Of a DNA stretch of 64,000 nucleotides, positions 1 to 11,690 are shown one piece after another. The translations under genes were made by a program, and so were the position numbers. Source of the stretch: Klebsormidium nitens (taxonomy: Eukaryota; Plantae; Klebsormidiophyceae). The DNA lies in the NCBI GenBank assembly GCA_000708835.1, contig DF237207.1, forward strand, positions 1 through 64,000, in the 5' to 3' direction. The number at the start of each line of letters is the position of its first letter. Positions within the stretch are counted from its first letter, which is position 1. The notes beneath the pieces were generated by a model. The model saw nothing but the letters and a program-made list of their open reading frames with translations. It was not told the DNA's origin and did not search any database.

Positions 1-103
1 TGAGAGGCGCTCTTGCTGAAGGTGAACCTAAGTTGGGCTGAAAAGCTGGGCATGGATTCCGCACATGTCTAGCAGACGGGCAGCGTTGAAACCCGTCCAA
101 CCG

Positions 104-283
104 TCACACGTTGCCAGAAGAATCGATTGACTTGACATCAAAATCGAATCGCTTTCCAATAAGTGTTTCGAGCAACTGGAAATCGTCTGACGTCAAATCT
201 ACCTTGGTGTTTTCTTTGCTACCTAACTGTCCCAAAAGACCACTTAGCCGTCCACTTGAAGCTAAGTGATCCTCTAGTTTGCC
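104..283 (-). pseudogene. Start of ORF2 (pol-side frame) overlapping the gag end in the -1 frame; interrupted by TGA at 106-104
   Basis: Open frame GKLEDHLASSGRLSGLLGQLGSKENTKVDLTSDDFQLLETLIGKRFDFDVKSIDSSGNV*. This frame opens only ~5 codons upstream of the gag stop. Confidence 0.5.
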
Positions 284-1501
284 GCAACAGCCTTGCTACC
301 AGCACCGGGGATCTTAGCGCCAGATCCACCGGACCCACCTCCTCCACCGCCTCCAGACTTCTCGGGGCAGTCGCGGGCGAAGTGGCCCTTCTTCTTGCAG
401 AACAGGCAGCGACCCTTGGTCATGAGGCGGACCTTCTCCTCCTCCGAATGGCCAGACCGCTGCCGTTCTTCTTGCCCTTGTTGGGGCCACCGCGCTTGCC
501 CTTGTACCCAAGGCGCTGGATGTTGGTGCGCTTGCCGATCTTCTTGCCGTCACCGACCTGGATCCAACCTGTGGAAGGGGAATCGCTGGATTTGCGCTTC
601 ATGATATTTCTCGGACCCTTAGATGAAGAGTCATCCCGCTCAGAGCCCTTTGACTGAGAGATAACCGCCCAATTGACAGAGCAAAACTGAACCAACTTCT
701 CAAAGCTAGTCCACCTGCTACCGTCAGGCATTGCTGCAGCACGTTGACGCATTTCGAAGTTCAAACCCGACTTGAACCTCTGAATTCTCTCAGGCTCGCT
801 AAGGGTTTCCCCTCCCAATTCGGCGCAAATCTGTTCAAAAGCCCTCGCATACTCTTCCACAGACATAGGACCCTGCTTCAGTCGATCGAGCTTAGCCCAA
901 GCCAAAGAGATAGGGTCAACAGAACCGAAACCCTTGATGAGAACATTCTCCAGAAAAGCCATATCAATGACTGATTCAGGAGCAGTCGCTTTCAACGAAA
1001 CCACACGAGAGTTGTAGTAAGTTCGAGCCTGGCCTTCCAAATAGGATGCCACGATGGAAGCTTGCTTAGCAACTGGAACTTCTGCAACGCTGCAGTAGTC
1101 CTGCATTGTAACAAGCCACTCTCTGATATCCATGGAAGAGTCGCTTTTCCGCCAAACTTAGGGGGTCTTGCTGCCTCATATTTGGGTTTCTCCGCTCTTT
1201 CGATTGAGAGACCCTTGAAACCAGCAGTCACAACCTCTCCCTCTAGCTTGTTCACCTTTTTGCAAAGCGCTCTAACAACCCGTTTCAGAGTTGACGTTTT
1301 AGGCGCAGGTATAGAATCTTCCATTTCAGCATCAGCGCCAGGAGTCTCGTCAACCTCACCCTCGTTATCGCTTGCCATGAGGGTGTCCTTCGCAGGAACC
1401 TCCTCCGATCCCTTGGACTCCTCCTCGCTGCTCTTCTCTTCCTCATTGCGCTCCGGCTCCTCCTGCTCGGGGAGCGCCTGCTGCTTCTCGCGCTTCACCA
1501 T
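274..1501 (-). pseudogene. gag: gag polyprotein with two frameshifts (~1140 and ~450)
   Basis: Three joined frames. MVKREKQQ...YEAARPPKFGGK (ATG 1501), then DIREWLVTMQDY...VASYLEGQARTYY...LKQGPMSVEEYARAFEQ...RIQRFKSGL (retrotransposon gag-like), then HSEEEKVRLMTKGRCLFCKKKGHFARDCPEK (CX2CX4HX4C knuckle at 408-367), stop TAG at 276-274. Confidence 0.88.
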
Positions 1502-1602
1502 GTCTGCGAAGATATCGATGGAACGATAGGCAGCTAGATTGACTGTGCCAAAGAGCTGGGGAAGAAAAGAAGTGACCCACGCCGTGAAGAAGGTCGTGGA
1601 AT

Positions 1603-1615
1603 CCTCTAGATACCA
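1603..1615 (-). promoter_or_regulatory. Primer-binding site (tRNA-iMet-like)
   Basis: Minus strand reads ...CGTTACA T TGGTATCTAGAGG directly after the LTR end, compared with the plant iMet PBS TGGTATCAGAGC. Confidence 0.75.
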
Positions 1616-1616
1616 A

Positions 1617-2600
1617 TGTAACGTGCCGGATAGTCCCGAGCCTGCGATGCTCAAAACCCCCAACACAGAGTTAGCGGAATTGCGGAATGTACGCTGCGGG
1701 AGCTCAACACTTGGGAGAATTGCGAAACTCGCTTCTGGCTAGAAGCCAGCGTGTTGAATGAGCAACTTTCGTCCGACCTTATAGCTGTGCTCCAATTCAG
1801 AAGCCAGCAGAATGTTAGTCGCTCCATCCTAGAGATCTGCAGCGTCCTGCAGCACTCTATATCGTTAGATGAATTCGCTCTGCACTCTAGGTTATGCAAC
1901 TGGCGTGAACTTGGGTATGCGACCTTTGCCAGCTAAGAAACGTCCAGGTTCCTTGAACAGCCTGTCGCTTTCAGCCTAGAAGACGCCATTGTGTCAGCAA
2001 GTGACATCGTGCCTGCATCGCAGATCCACGGAAAGATGACAGCAAGGCATGCGCTTAGAAAGTCGCTCTGTGATTCGTTGAGTCAAGGAAAACGCGTCCT
2101 TGCCAGTTCTCTCACCACTTGTTGATAGTGACTGCAATCGCTTTCAGTCGCGCACCTAGCTTGAAGAAGCTCAAAGTTAGGTTCAAGTCCGTCTCTGGAT
2201 GAAAATCCTGGATCCCGTAATAAGGTAATTAGCCCCGAAGTCATCGGACGGACTAAACGTACCAAAATAATCAATCGACGGTCAAAACGTACCAATTCTG
2301 TAAATATTGTCCCAGAATCCGATGGGGTAAATGTGGCCAAATTTGGATAAAATCCGAGCGCGTTCTCATTTATTTAAAGAGCCGTCGATTTGAGATTCAA
2401 GCTCTTGTGTGACGTTGATAAAGCAACAACTTTCAGACTCGTTTGAATTCACTTGAACTCGATCTCAGGAGTTCAAGTCATAAGCTATGCTCAAATGTAC
2501 ATTCGCTACTAGGCACAGTGTACCTAGAAATTAGGGTTTCGCATTTTGCAAATAACCGTAACGATTTCAAAGGAGACCGGTAAAAGAGCACATCGTTACA
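1617..2600 (-). repeat. 5' long terminal repeat (~984 bp)
   Basis: Terminal inverted repeats TGTAACG (1617-1623) and CGTTACA (2594-2600), TG...CA ends, abutting the PBS. The candidate target-site duplication is TATAG at 2601-2605. Confidence 0.75.
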
Positions 2601-4204
2601 TATAGGCCTTGCATATGATTATAGGCATCGCTTTTCAGAACCATATTCGCTTCGAAGCTCACGGTAGACTGAGACTCGGACTATTGAAGCCTCAAGCTCT
2701 AAGAAAGTTGAAAGGCATGAATTATAGCCCGATCATAGACTGCTTAAATATAAATCAAATTTCGCGGTTTAGAATCTACAATTGATAAAGCTCATTTGAA
2801 AGGCTTTCGAATTTGTTGCATTATTGAATGCGAACAAACCCAATAAATCATTCATCAATTTCTTGTAGATTGAGCAATTGCAGCGTTCAATCGCTACCTG
2901 CATTTTTTTTGTTTATTTATGGGGCAAAATGCTCTGCAAACAATCGATTAATGGGAATCTATCCTGCATATGAAATTTTGGGCAGTCAAAGCAAATTTGA
3001 ATTGTTGCCCAATTAACTTCGAACAATTGGTCCTGTAGAGAAAGAATAGAATTAGTAGAAGAAGATGCTGGTGCAAAACCACATGTGATCCGCAAACTGT
3101 CCAGTCTCAATGTATAATGTGTGCACTGCTATCCTCGATTGTAATTGGGATAATATCTAGGAGTGATTCAGTCTCAACGGTATGTTTTTTTAAATACGCT
3201 CTGGTGATTTAGCATGTTATTGACAGGGGTATTCTGTCTGATATTGATGCCCGGAAGTCAAAACAGAACCGCCACATGCGTGCTAGGTGTGAATGTAGGG
3301 CAACCGTTGAGCAAGACGGTGTATCTAACCGCATACAGCTCTCAGCCAAACTCATTTGCGCCGCCCAGACATGTGTCTAACGTTTCGATGCTGCCATTTA
3401 AAATGTCCTGGTATATGGGGTCAGTATGCCACATTATGCTTTATCAAGACACATGTAACTGAAAAGATTGTGCATAAAACATTGTTGTCGAAAAGCCTGA
3501 GCGTCCACTGGCGTTCAATGCCGTGCGGTATTGTCTCCTCTGCCGGCTGGCATCGGGAACGGCCACGTGGCCTAATCCTACCCGTCTATACCTGCCGACG
3601 CTGACTATACATGGCCTACTCGACCCTTGACTCCTCGCGACATGATGAAATGAACAAAACGACCCTATTCGACCGGGCCTATCCATCACCTCTCCTCAGC
3701 CCTATAGGTTCGGCCGGCACGAGTCTCAATCATGGGCTAAGGTCCCGTACCCTAGACTCGGCTGGTAATCTCGCCGGTCTGCCACTAACCATACACTAAT
3801 GGACTAACTCTGGACTCAGCCCGCGGCGCGCGCGCCAGGCTCGCAAGCCGGCCGCGGCTCGCCCTATCGCCGGCAGCCACGTGGCACGTCTGCGCCACGT
3901 GTCGACCGCTATCTGGACACTACCCGACACGGACAGCCCTCGGCATGGCAGCGTAGCTATCGTCGGATATCAAAAAGCCGGCCGAAAAGTGTGAGGTTTA
4001 ATAGCAGCAGTAAAGTGGAGCTGACAAATTCGTTGTCTTAAGCCCGCTTCTTGAGTCAGCATTGATACATGTTGAATTCTTGTCTCGTCGAAGTGCTTTT
4101 TGAGAAAGGCTCATGCACGTGGCTCATGTGCCAATTCCGCCAACTTTGTTAGGTTCATTGCAAAGGCAGCGAAGTTGTTTAATGTTTTCATTTAAGTTCA
4201 CTTC

Positions 4205-4695
4205 TAGGGTGGCAATTCGAGATGATTACCGCATATACATGCGACCAAGGGGGTGGCAAATTTAGTAGGTTATCGTGTAGTATCTTAACAATTTGAGATT
4301 GGTATTTTTGCATTTGGTCAATAGATTATACTGCAGTCCTGATCTTATTGGCAGAGCTCTTAAATATGATGGCACACTATAGTGCAAGATCTTACGACCA
4401 AATATATAAAGAGCATCTTAAGCACAGTGTAGTATCTGTTGGAGGCATGTGAACCTGGGAGTAGATTTGGTCCGCCATATAAGTGCATCTTTTGCATCTT
4501 ACGGGCCGTAAGATCCGGAAGAAGTGTAAGATGGGGGGTTTAAACCCGACCATTTCAATGTAGTGCTCTGGGACTGTCTCGCTATGACGAAGACAAACAC
4601 ATATCCGGTTTTCTGAAATTCCAAATGAGTGCTTATGCGGATTCGTCAAGATGATTTTTTCTACGATCATCTGCAGATTTGGAGTTGCCACCCTA
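4205..4695. mobile_element. hAT-like non-autonomous element (MITE)
   Basis: Perfect 11-bp TIRs TAGGGTGGCAA (4205-4215) and TTGCCACCCTA (4685-4695), with the same terminal motif as the 6374-6952 element. No clear TSD. Confidence 0.55.
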
Positions 4696-5470
4696 GGGTT
4701 CCACTAGTAGCCTGTAGGGTTGTCACGGTGTCACACCATTGAATAAGCGTGACTCACCGAGACGACCCGAGCCCGCCGCAGGCTCCCGGGTAAATGCCTT
4801 AATACTCTGGTAACTCCCATTTCACCTAGGATATGCGCCTGGGAGATGGGTATGGTTGGTATGCTGGGAAAGGTGGATCATGGATGCGGAGCAGGTGATT
4901 GTTGCCAGTTAAACTTTTGTATTTTGTTTGCCCGGGTAGCTCGGATCTTAGATTGAAACCCCCACCCGGCGGGTATAAATAGTGCTGGTTACCAACTTTG
5001 CCATAATCATCTTTTGCAACTTGAAAGTGCGATAGGCGCATAAGTTATAAGACGCAACACATACAAGAACTTGGTCCTCCGCCAGCAAAAAAACAAGCCG
5101 TTGCCCTCCGTTTTGAGCAGCGGTTTCGACATGGCTATTGCAACCCAAATGATGCAACCATTTTAGTCTTGTAGTCTAACTTGTTTTCACCAAAACGTTT
5201 AACTCCCACTTGAGAACTTGAAATAGAGCAATTGACAATTGTAAGTCGGTTTGACGTCATACGTAAAGTGCCCGACCCTGACGACCCCGGGCCCAATTTG
5301 CATCGGGTTGCCAGTGGGCTATTACCGGTACCCGAACAGGATTACAGGCTCATCGATCGGAGGATCATCGGAGGTCAGCCGGAGGAGGGCCGGAGGTCCG
5401 GCCGGCTGATCGGTCTCCGGGCCGAGTTTTCTGATCGCAAAACCTCTAGTGTAACACTGCGCCCTGTTAA

Positions 5471-7360
5471 CCCTTTAACAGCGGGGAATTTCCCACGTCG
5501 AAACCGCCGTACTCGAATATTCGATAATCGTAAAAATCGATCGAACCATACGATCGGCCGGCCTCGTGCGATCGAGTTCGGCGTAAGTCATAATAATTGA
5601 CGGTCCGGCACGCCGGTCGATGACGGTTCGAAGCATTTGACCTGCGCTCTCGATCCACGGCCGCGCCTGCCTTCGCGTGCACGAGCTACGGCCCTAAGTG
5701 CGGCTTCTGCGAGGCCTTTCAGGTTGGAGTACTGAACAGACTCTCCAAGTCTATCTTTGCACAAGCTTTGCGAGGCCCCGTTGCTGCTGTTGCCCCTTGT
5801 CGCTGTGATCAGTGGAGTAGCAAGACCAAATATTAGGGCAACATACGACGACATAGGCAATGGTCTCTAAGTGATATGCTATTGTCTGTTGCCTTTGTTC
5901 CTTTGTCGCTTACATGGTATCAGTACGGGGTTTTCCCAGCCTTATTGCCAGTGTTGCTTTTCAATTTGCGACTGTTGCCAAGACGGTAGCCAGGCATTGC
6001 CGGCCCAAAACACCATATATGTTGCTAATTACTATCCATCTGACTGGGAATCAGCTGGGCGGCTGGCGCGCCGCGCCGCGTTCGCCTCCGACTTGCAAGC
6101 TCTGCAGAAACGGGGCCTCTTTGTTGCTTACCTTGGTTTCTACATGTTGCTTATTTATATTTATTCTTTTATTTGAGTCTGCAGCCAGTCTGTTGCCTTA
6201 CTAGGCCCCATTTCTATTGTTGCCCTTTTTACCATTTTGCCTGGCAAAAGGGCAACAAGATAACGGAGGCCTGCACCTGCAGGCTCCCATCGACTGCCCT
6301 TGGTCTGGCAGCGGGGGCCCCGTTGTTGCCATGTTGCCTCTTTTCACCTGCCTTGCACAGACGGTTGAGATGGGGGGTGGCAACTCCCAGTTTTCCAGTT
6401 TTAAAACATCGTATCTGCGAACTAAAACAAGGGATTTGGCTGTTTTGCAATTTTAAACGGTGTTTTAAAACGTTTTAAAACTGTTTTAAAACGCTGCGAT
6501 TAGCCTGTTTTGTATGTTTTTTCAAGTTTTTATAGTGGCTATTGGCTTGTTACGAGCTCCTATGTAACTGAAAAGCAAAAATGAATATATTCGTATGTCA
6601 GAAAGGGCCCTAATATGTTGAAATATGCCGCTCGCCCTGTTTTGAAAGCAGATTTTGGCGTTTTAAAACGTTTTACTGTTTTGTTTGTTTTATAAAACGG
6701 GCTATTTCAGAGATCGCCCAACACGCAGATACATGTTTTAAGATTTTGGCGTTTTAAAACGTTTTGAGACCGTTTTACTTATATGAGGGGGGGTGCAAAT
6801 TTCAAAACAATAAGTGATTTAGAATCTACAGACAAAGGGCTACACGATGTTATGAAACAAAACGTTGAATACTATATATGTTTTCGATCGTTTTGTCCAA
6901 AAGGCAACAAAAAAACACTACCTAATTGTTTTAAAACTGGAGTTGCCACCCCGAGTGAGATGAGGTTGTTGCCCTGTGTTGCAGATGACTGACACATGGC
7001 AACAAGCCCAAAGCATGACGTCAGCAACCTCTCCCAACATCCACCATGGACCGGGGGGGCCGGGCCCGACCCTAAGCAAAGTTACCCCTGCACCGCCGCC
7101 TCCATCACCCCTCGCTGTTGCCCGGTTGTTCTCACCTGGCAGCATGTTGCTTGGGGCAACAATGCCTACTGGGGGTACGGGTTCCAATGGGGCCCGAACC
7201 CCCCCAAATATTTTTGAAACTTTTTTTACATTTTCATTTTGGGTCTTTGACACAGTATCTTCAAGTACTGGGGTCATCGGGGTTTTTTGGGTGCTCTAGC
7301 ACACGTTTCTAGCAGTGGTGTTACGAATGGCAACGAAAGGCAACAGCCGCTGTTAAAGGG
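5471..7360. mobile_element. piggyBac-type non-autonomous DNA transposon
   Basis: TTAA target duplications at 5467-5470 and 7361-7364 flank perfect 14-bp TIRs CCCTTTAACAGCGG / CCGCTGTTAAAGGG. No transposase ORF inside. Confidence 0.85.
6374..6952. mobile_element. hAT-like MITE nested in the piggyBac-type element
   Basis: TIRs GGGGTGGCAACTCC / GGAGTTGCCACCCC, many internal GTTTTAAAAC palindromic subterminal repeats, and an imperfect flanking direct repeat TGAGATG (6366-6372 and 6956-6962). Confidence 0.75.
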
Positions 7361-7589
7361 TTAAACACTTCCAGGCTCATTGCTCATTGCCAGACCCGGT
7401 GTGACCGGCGGTTTGAGCGGTTCCGGCGGTGTCCGGTCGGACTGGTGGACCGGGCAGCGCGGCGGAGCGTCAGGGCCGAGTGACACTCCGACCGGTAGTC
7501 CGGACTCCGAACCGAGAAGTCCCGATGAAACTCAAGAAAACTATTAGTAAGCCCAGAATAAATAGTATTAAGGTATTAAACCGCACTGT

Positions 7590-7647
7590 GACGGGTAGGG
7601 ATAGTATGGTGGTTAGGGTGGGTAGAAGTATGTACGGGTGCGGAGCG
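7590..7647 (+). repeat. Dispersed repeat copy A (related to inverted copy at 14741-14792)
   Basis: Collinear shared blocks GACGGGTA, TGGTGGTTAGGGTGG and GGGTGCGGAGCG. Confidence 0.55.
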
Positions 7648-8215
7648 GGTGTTCTAGTCAGGGTTTTTAAGTTTTAGTCGGAGCTTTTACTACCGGTATT
7701 ATCTTGGCTTTACTATAATATCTTTGTTGAATGAAGTCTCGGCGCTTCGGGGCCGGTTCGCTGATCATCCGAACTGAGAATGCAATGATTGAATGCGGCC
7801 CAGAACACGTCCGCCCGACGCAAGTGCTGCAAAGTTTACGGTACGTGACATCTGAAGGTCAAGAAGGGTATCTGGAAGGTTCGTAGACGAAAGCAGCCAA
7901 TGCGCAGCGCCCGCAATGTCGGCTTATCAGCGCTTTGCAGCCGTCGATATTCGTGCTTCCAGAAACTCGTGGCTGAGACCTTGCCTGCACGCCATTGGTT
8001 CATTGTGGATTTTAAAATCGGCACCTGCACTACCAAGTTCAACTCCAAGAGTCAAGACATCATTGGCATGCCCCCCTGTGGTCCCCCCTGTTCATGAGGT
8101 TTACGGTAGCTGCTGCTCTGTCGCTGTCTGCTGGTAGCGCTCAGATTGTCAAGTTGGTTCTGTCTTGCACGTAGCGCGGCATCCCCAGGCCCTGTACGGT
8201 TGTTGCTCAGCCGCC

Positions 8216-9732
8216 ATGGCGACCTCCCTGTCCTCCCTGCCCTCCGTGTCCAAGCTGTCCGGCCTGGGCAGCTGCAGCACTGCGGCGCGCGCGCTCGGGG
8301 CGTCCAATGGAGCCGCCGTGGTGGCGCGCGTGGGCACCAAGAAGGTGGCCACCACCGTCAAGAAGGCTGCCGCCAAGGTAGCCTCCAAGGCGCCGCGGCC
8401 GGCCGCCAGCCGTAGGCCGGCCAGCGGGCCGGACCGGCCGCTGTGGTACCCAGGGGTGCAGGCGCCCGAGTGGCTGGACGGGTCGCTGCCCGGTGACTAC
8501 GGCTTTGACCCGCTGGGCCTTGCCAAGCCGGCGGAGTACCTGCAGATTGACCTGGATGGCCTGGACCAGAACAAGGCTGTGAACAAGGCAGGGGACGTGA
8601 TTGGAAAGGTCCAAAAGAAGGCGCAGCTGGTAGACACAAAGAATGCATTCCAGCCTTATGATGAGGTGTTTGGGCTGACGCGCTTCCGGGAGACGGAGCT
8701 GATCCACGGGCGGTGGGCCATGCTGGGGGTATTGGGGGCAGTCGCAGTGGAGGCACTTACGGGAGTGCACTGGCAAGACGCCGGAAAGGTAGGGTGGCCC
8801 TATGTTGTGCAGGCACGCCTCCTGCATTTGCTGACTACTGTCAAGCCTCTTGTCAGGAGACATGAAGATCAGACACCTTTAAATCTGGGGCCGCACAATG
8901 TGGTAATTTGATAAGGATTTGGAGGGTGTTCGGCTGAAGATGAACCGTCAGGAACAGCATCCGATGTTCATTGCAGGGACCACAGCAGTTGTTGGTTCAA
9001 TTCATTCTTTTTCTATGGAGTTGAGCTGGTGCTGCAGTCTGGTTGCTACGTCCTCCTGCTTCGGAAGCTAACAGGGCTGTATGAACCTGCCAGCCATGTT
9101 TGCAAACTTTCAAACGGTTCCTGGACAAAGGGGTTTTTCTGTTGTCAGTTTCAGCTTCCCCACATTCAGTGCTATGTCGTTTCTGGCGCTTGACCCAGCG
9201 TCTGGCATATGACACCTAATGCTGCAGGATCGCTTTGTAGTAAAATTAAACTGTCCATTCCCTCAATCTTGTTCTCACTGGCAGCCCCAATCTTCAAGGG
9301 TTTCCAATGCTCAGCGCTCTCTGCCTGCTCTAGCAGCCTCCGTTGACCGTATGGCCGTCGGTGCATTGCCTCTAGGTGGAGCTCGTGGACGGCGCGTCGT
9401 ACTTGGGCCTGCCCCTGCCCTTCGACTTGCCCACTCTCACCATCATTGAGGTCCTGCTAATCGGATACATCGAGTTTGCGCGTAATGGCGTGACGGACCC
9501 TGAGGAGCGCATCTACCCCGGCGGATACTTCGACCCCCTCAACCTCGCGTCCTCCCCAGAGAAGGCCGCGCAGCTCAAAGTAGCGGAGTTGAAGCACGGG
9601 CGCCTGGCGATGGTGTCGGCGCTGGGCTTCGCCGTGCAGGCGTTTGCTACTGGCACCGGCCCCCTCGACAACCTGGCACAGCACTTGGATAGCCCAACCA
9701 CAAACACGATCTTTGACACGCTATCAAAGTAA
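8216..9732 (+). CDS. LHCB4: Light-harvesting chlorophyll a/b protein CP29 (2 exons: 8216-8788, 9376-9732)
   Basis: Transit peptide, DRPLWYPG...[16 protein letters not shown], the CP29-specific insertion (LDQNKAVN...[15 protein letters not shown]), [16 protein letters not shown]|[25 protein letters not shown] intron in phase 0. Confidence 0.95.
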
Positions 9733-11690
9733 GCAGTTGCATACGGATTTCTTGTACCCCCATTGATACAGACAGGGTCACTAGCACAACAGACGTCAGG
9801 CCAGGGTCATGGGCATCTGCTACAGACCATAAATCTGCCCCGCCAAGCTAGGTCGCTTCTGGTCGGTCTGATTGTTGTTGCTGTTTGGGAACTAGCTTGA
9901 CGCTATTGTACATTCAGAGGGCTGCCTGCGGTGTGTTTGCCCCAGGCGGCCACGGAAGACCATTACCTGTTGTTACAAGCCGCCTTCGTAGGGGCCCATA
10001 CATATTACGGGACTCTGTCCCGCATGCCGGCTGGGAAGCAGCATGTCGATCATGCACCCTTGTTTGAGCATAATCCTGTTCAGCTTTCACAACTGAAAGG
10101 TTGTTGCAAATCGAGTGTTCACAACGTCGTGACTTCACTGCCTCGGTTGCAAAGCCTTGAGGCCTAAAATCAAGAGATCAGCTGGTCGCGGATTTGAAAG
10201 ACAGCACGGGTCCAGCTTAGCATGCAAATTGCTGCCGAACTGTGCCATTGACCTCGAAAATGTTTGCAGCAACGTTCTTCTGGTGGCACCGTTGCATAAA
10301 AGGGATGGAGGGCAGATCCAAGTTTCTTCATGAATGCATTTTAGCAGTCCCATGTTTCTTTTCGATCCTTGCTCGAATACAACGGTATATTCATTGTTGG
10401 TCACCATGAGCCGGAATCCATGTTTTTATGATGTTGCTTGTACCTGCGCTTAATCCGCACTAGATATTTGAGTCGTCAGATGACATTTCTCGATTCAACA
10501 CGTTGCTATTACTGTTCACATGGAAAAAAGGTCGAATGGGCACATCACCCGAAGTGACTTTTGCTGCCAGCCTATAACGAGTATCCGATTGTGAGCAAAT
10601 AAATACCATGTCTAGAACTCTCAGACTCGTACATGAATGCCTGGGCCATGGTCACTCGGTTCTTAATTTCATATACAGTGACGATCTGGAAACTCTCTAG
10701 GGAAACTCTAGTATACTTCGACACTAACTTTGATCGAAGCAATCATAGCCGGATAGTTTACGTGCGCAGAGACGCTCCTAATCAGTGTATTAAACAAGAA
10801 CAAGAACTGCATCGAATCTACCTTCAAATAATGACCCATTGATGTGCACATGTGTATGTAGACCCTGAAGATTGCATGCCCAGCTAGCTTGACAATGCAA
10901 CTGTCGAATTAAGGATGATATATGCTTTGAGATCGCACGGAACTGCGGGCTCGAATGATTGACCCAAAATGGTCGCGAAACCTGACGCTGGCCCTAGTCC
11001 TTTACTTTCAATGACAGCTTGAAGTTCGTACTCAAGTGCTCATGCCGCTCCGCAATGCATAGAGCCGTGAATGAACAGTGCATTCCGCGAAATTAAAACA
11101 AGTGCACTAGGTCTCCGTCCGCCTGAGACCACGCCTAATGCGGATTAGTAACATGAAGCTGGGCTTTGAACTCTTTGCAAAGTCTAGACCAAAAGACTAT
11201 CGACGGATGAGGCCCTGTCGCACAAAGAGCAAACAGTAAACCAGCATTCAAACTAGCATGACAGGGCAACTTCAATACTGGCCGACCAAAGAGGAAGTGG
11301 CAAGCCCATTTGGCAACAACTTATCCATCCGACAGCTAGAAGAAAGGTTGGACAAGAAGGTGAACTTATGAAGTAGGACGTACATGCTCCCGTCTTGGAT
11401 CACCGAACATTTCTCGAACAACAGATTTCTTCTTCAATCTAACGCCCATGTACTAGCGCCATCAAATACTCCGCACAAATCGACAGCGCGAAGTGACAAA
11501 CATGTCGAGGTCCTTACATATTACAAGGCAATCCAATTAAAAAAAAAAAAAAACTTCCTCGAACCCGTTATTTGTGATGCGATGCTGGCAAGAGTGCACG
11601 TTTACAAACATAATTGTATCTAAGCTCCAACAACTTTTAAGCTGAAGCCTCTCTATCACATACAAGACCTCGTTTATGGTAACCAAAGGC

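Larger units (their letters stand above)
1..2600 (-). mobile_element. 5' part of a degenerate Ty3/gypsy LTR retrotransposon (5' LTR + PBS + gag + start of ORF2); truncated by the window edge
   Basis: On the minus strand the order is LTR (2600-1617), PBS, gag with a retrotransposon-gag-like capsid region and CCHC knuckle, then an overlapping -1 frame ORF. Confidence 0.9.

Noticed and set aside
1130-1150. Programmed frameshift within gag at GGAAAAG
   Set aside because: Not a canonical slippery heptamer, lies inside the capsid region, and a second frameshift occurs at ~450. Decay or homopolymer error is more likely.
4702-5452. CACTA-start element ending at TAGTG
   Set aside because: Terminal match is only ~6 bp and there is no 3-bp TSD.
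10135-10407. Short protein-like ORFs in intergenic gaps (also 2913-3110, 4392-4691, 4826-5041)
   Set aside because: No recognisable motifs and no consistent splice chain. They may be relics but cannot be supported.
11539-11553. Poly(A) tail of a retroposed insert
   Set aside because: No TSD or upstream retroelement body. It is more simply a U-rich tract in the ferritin 3' region.
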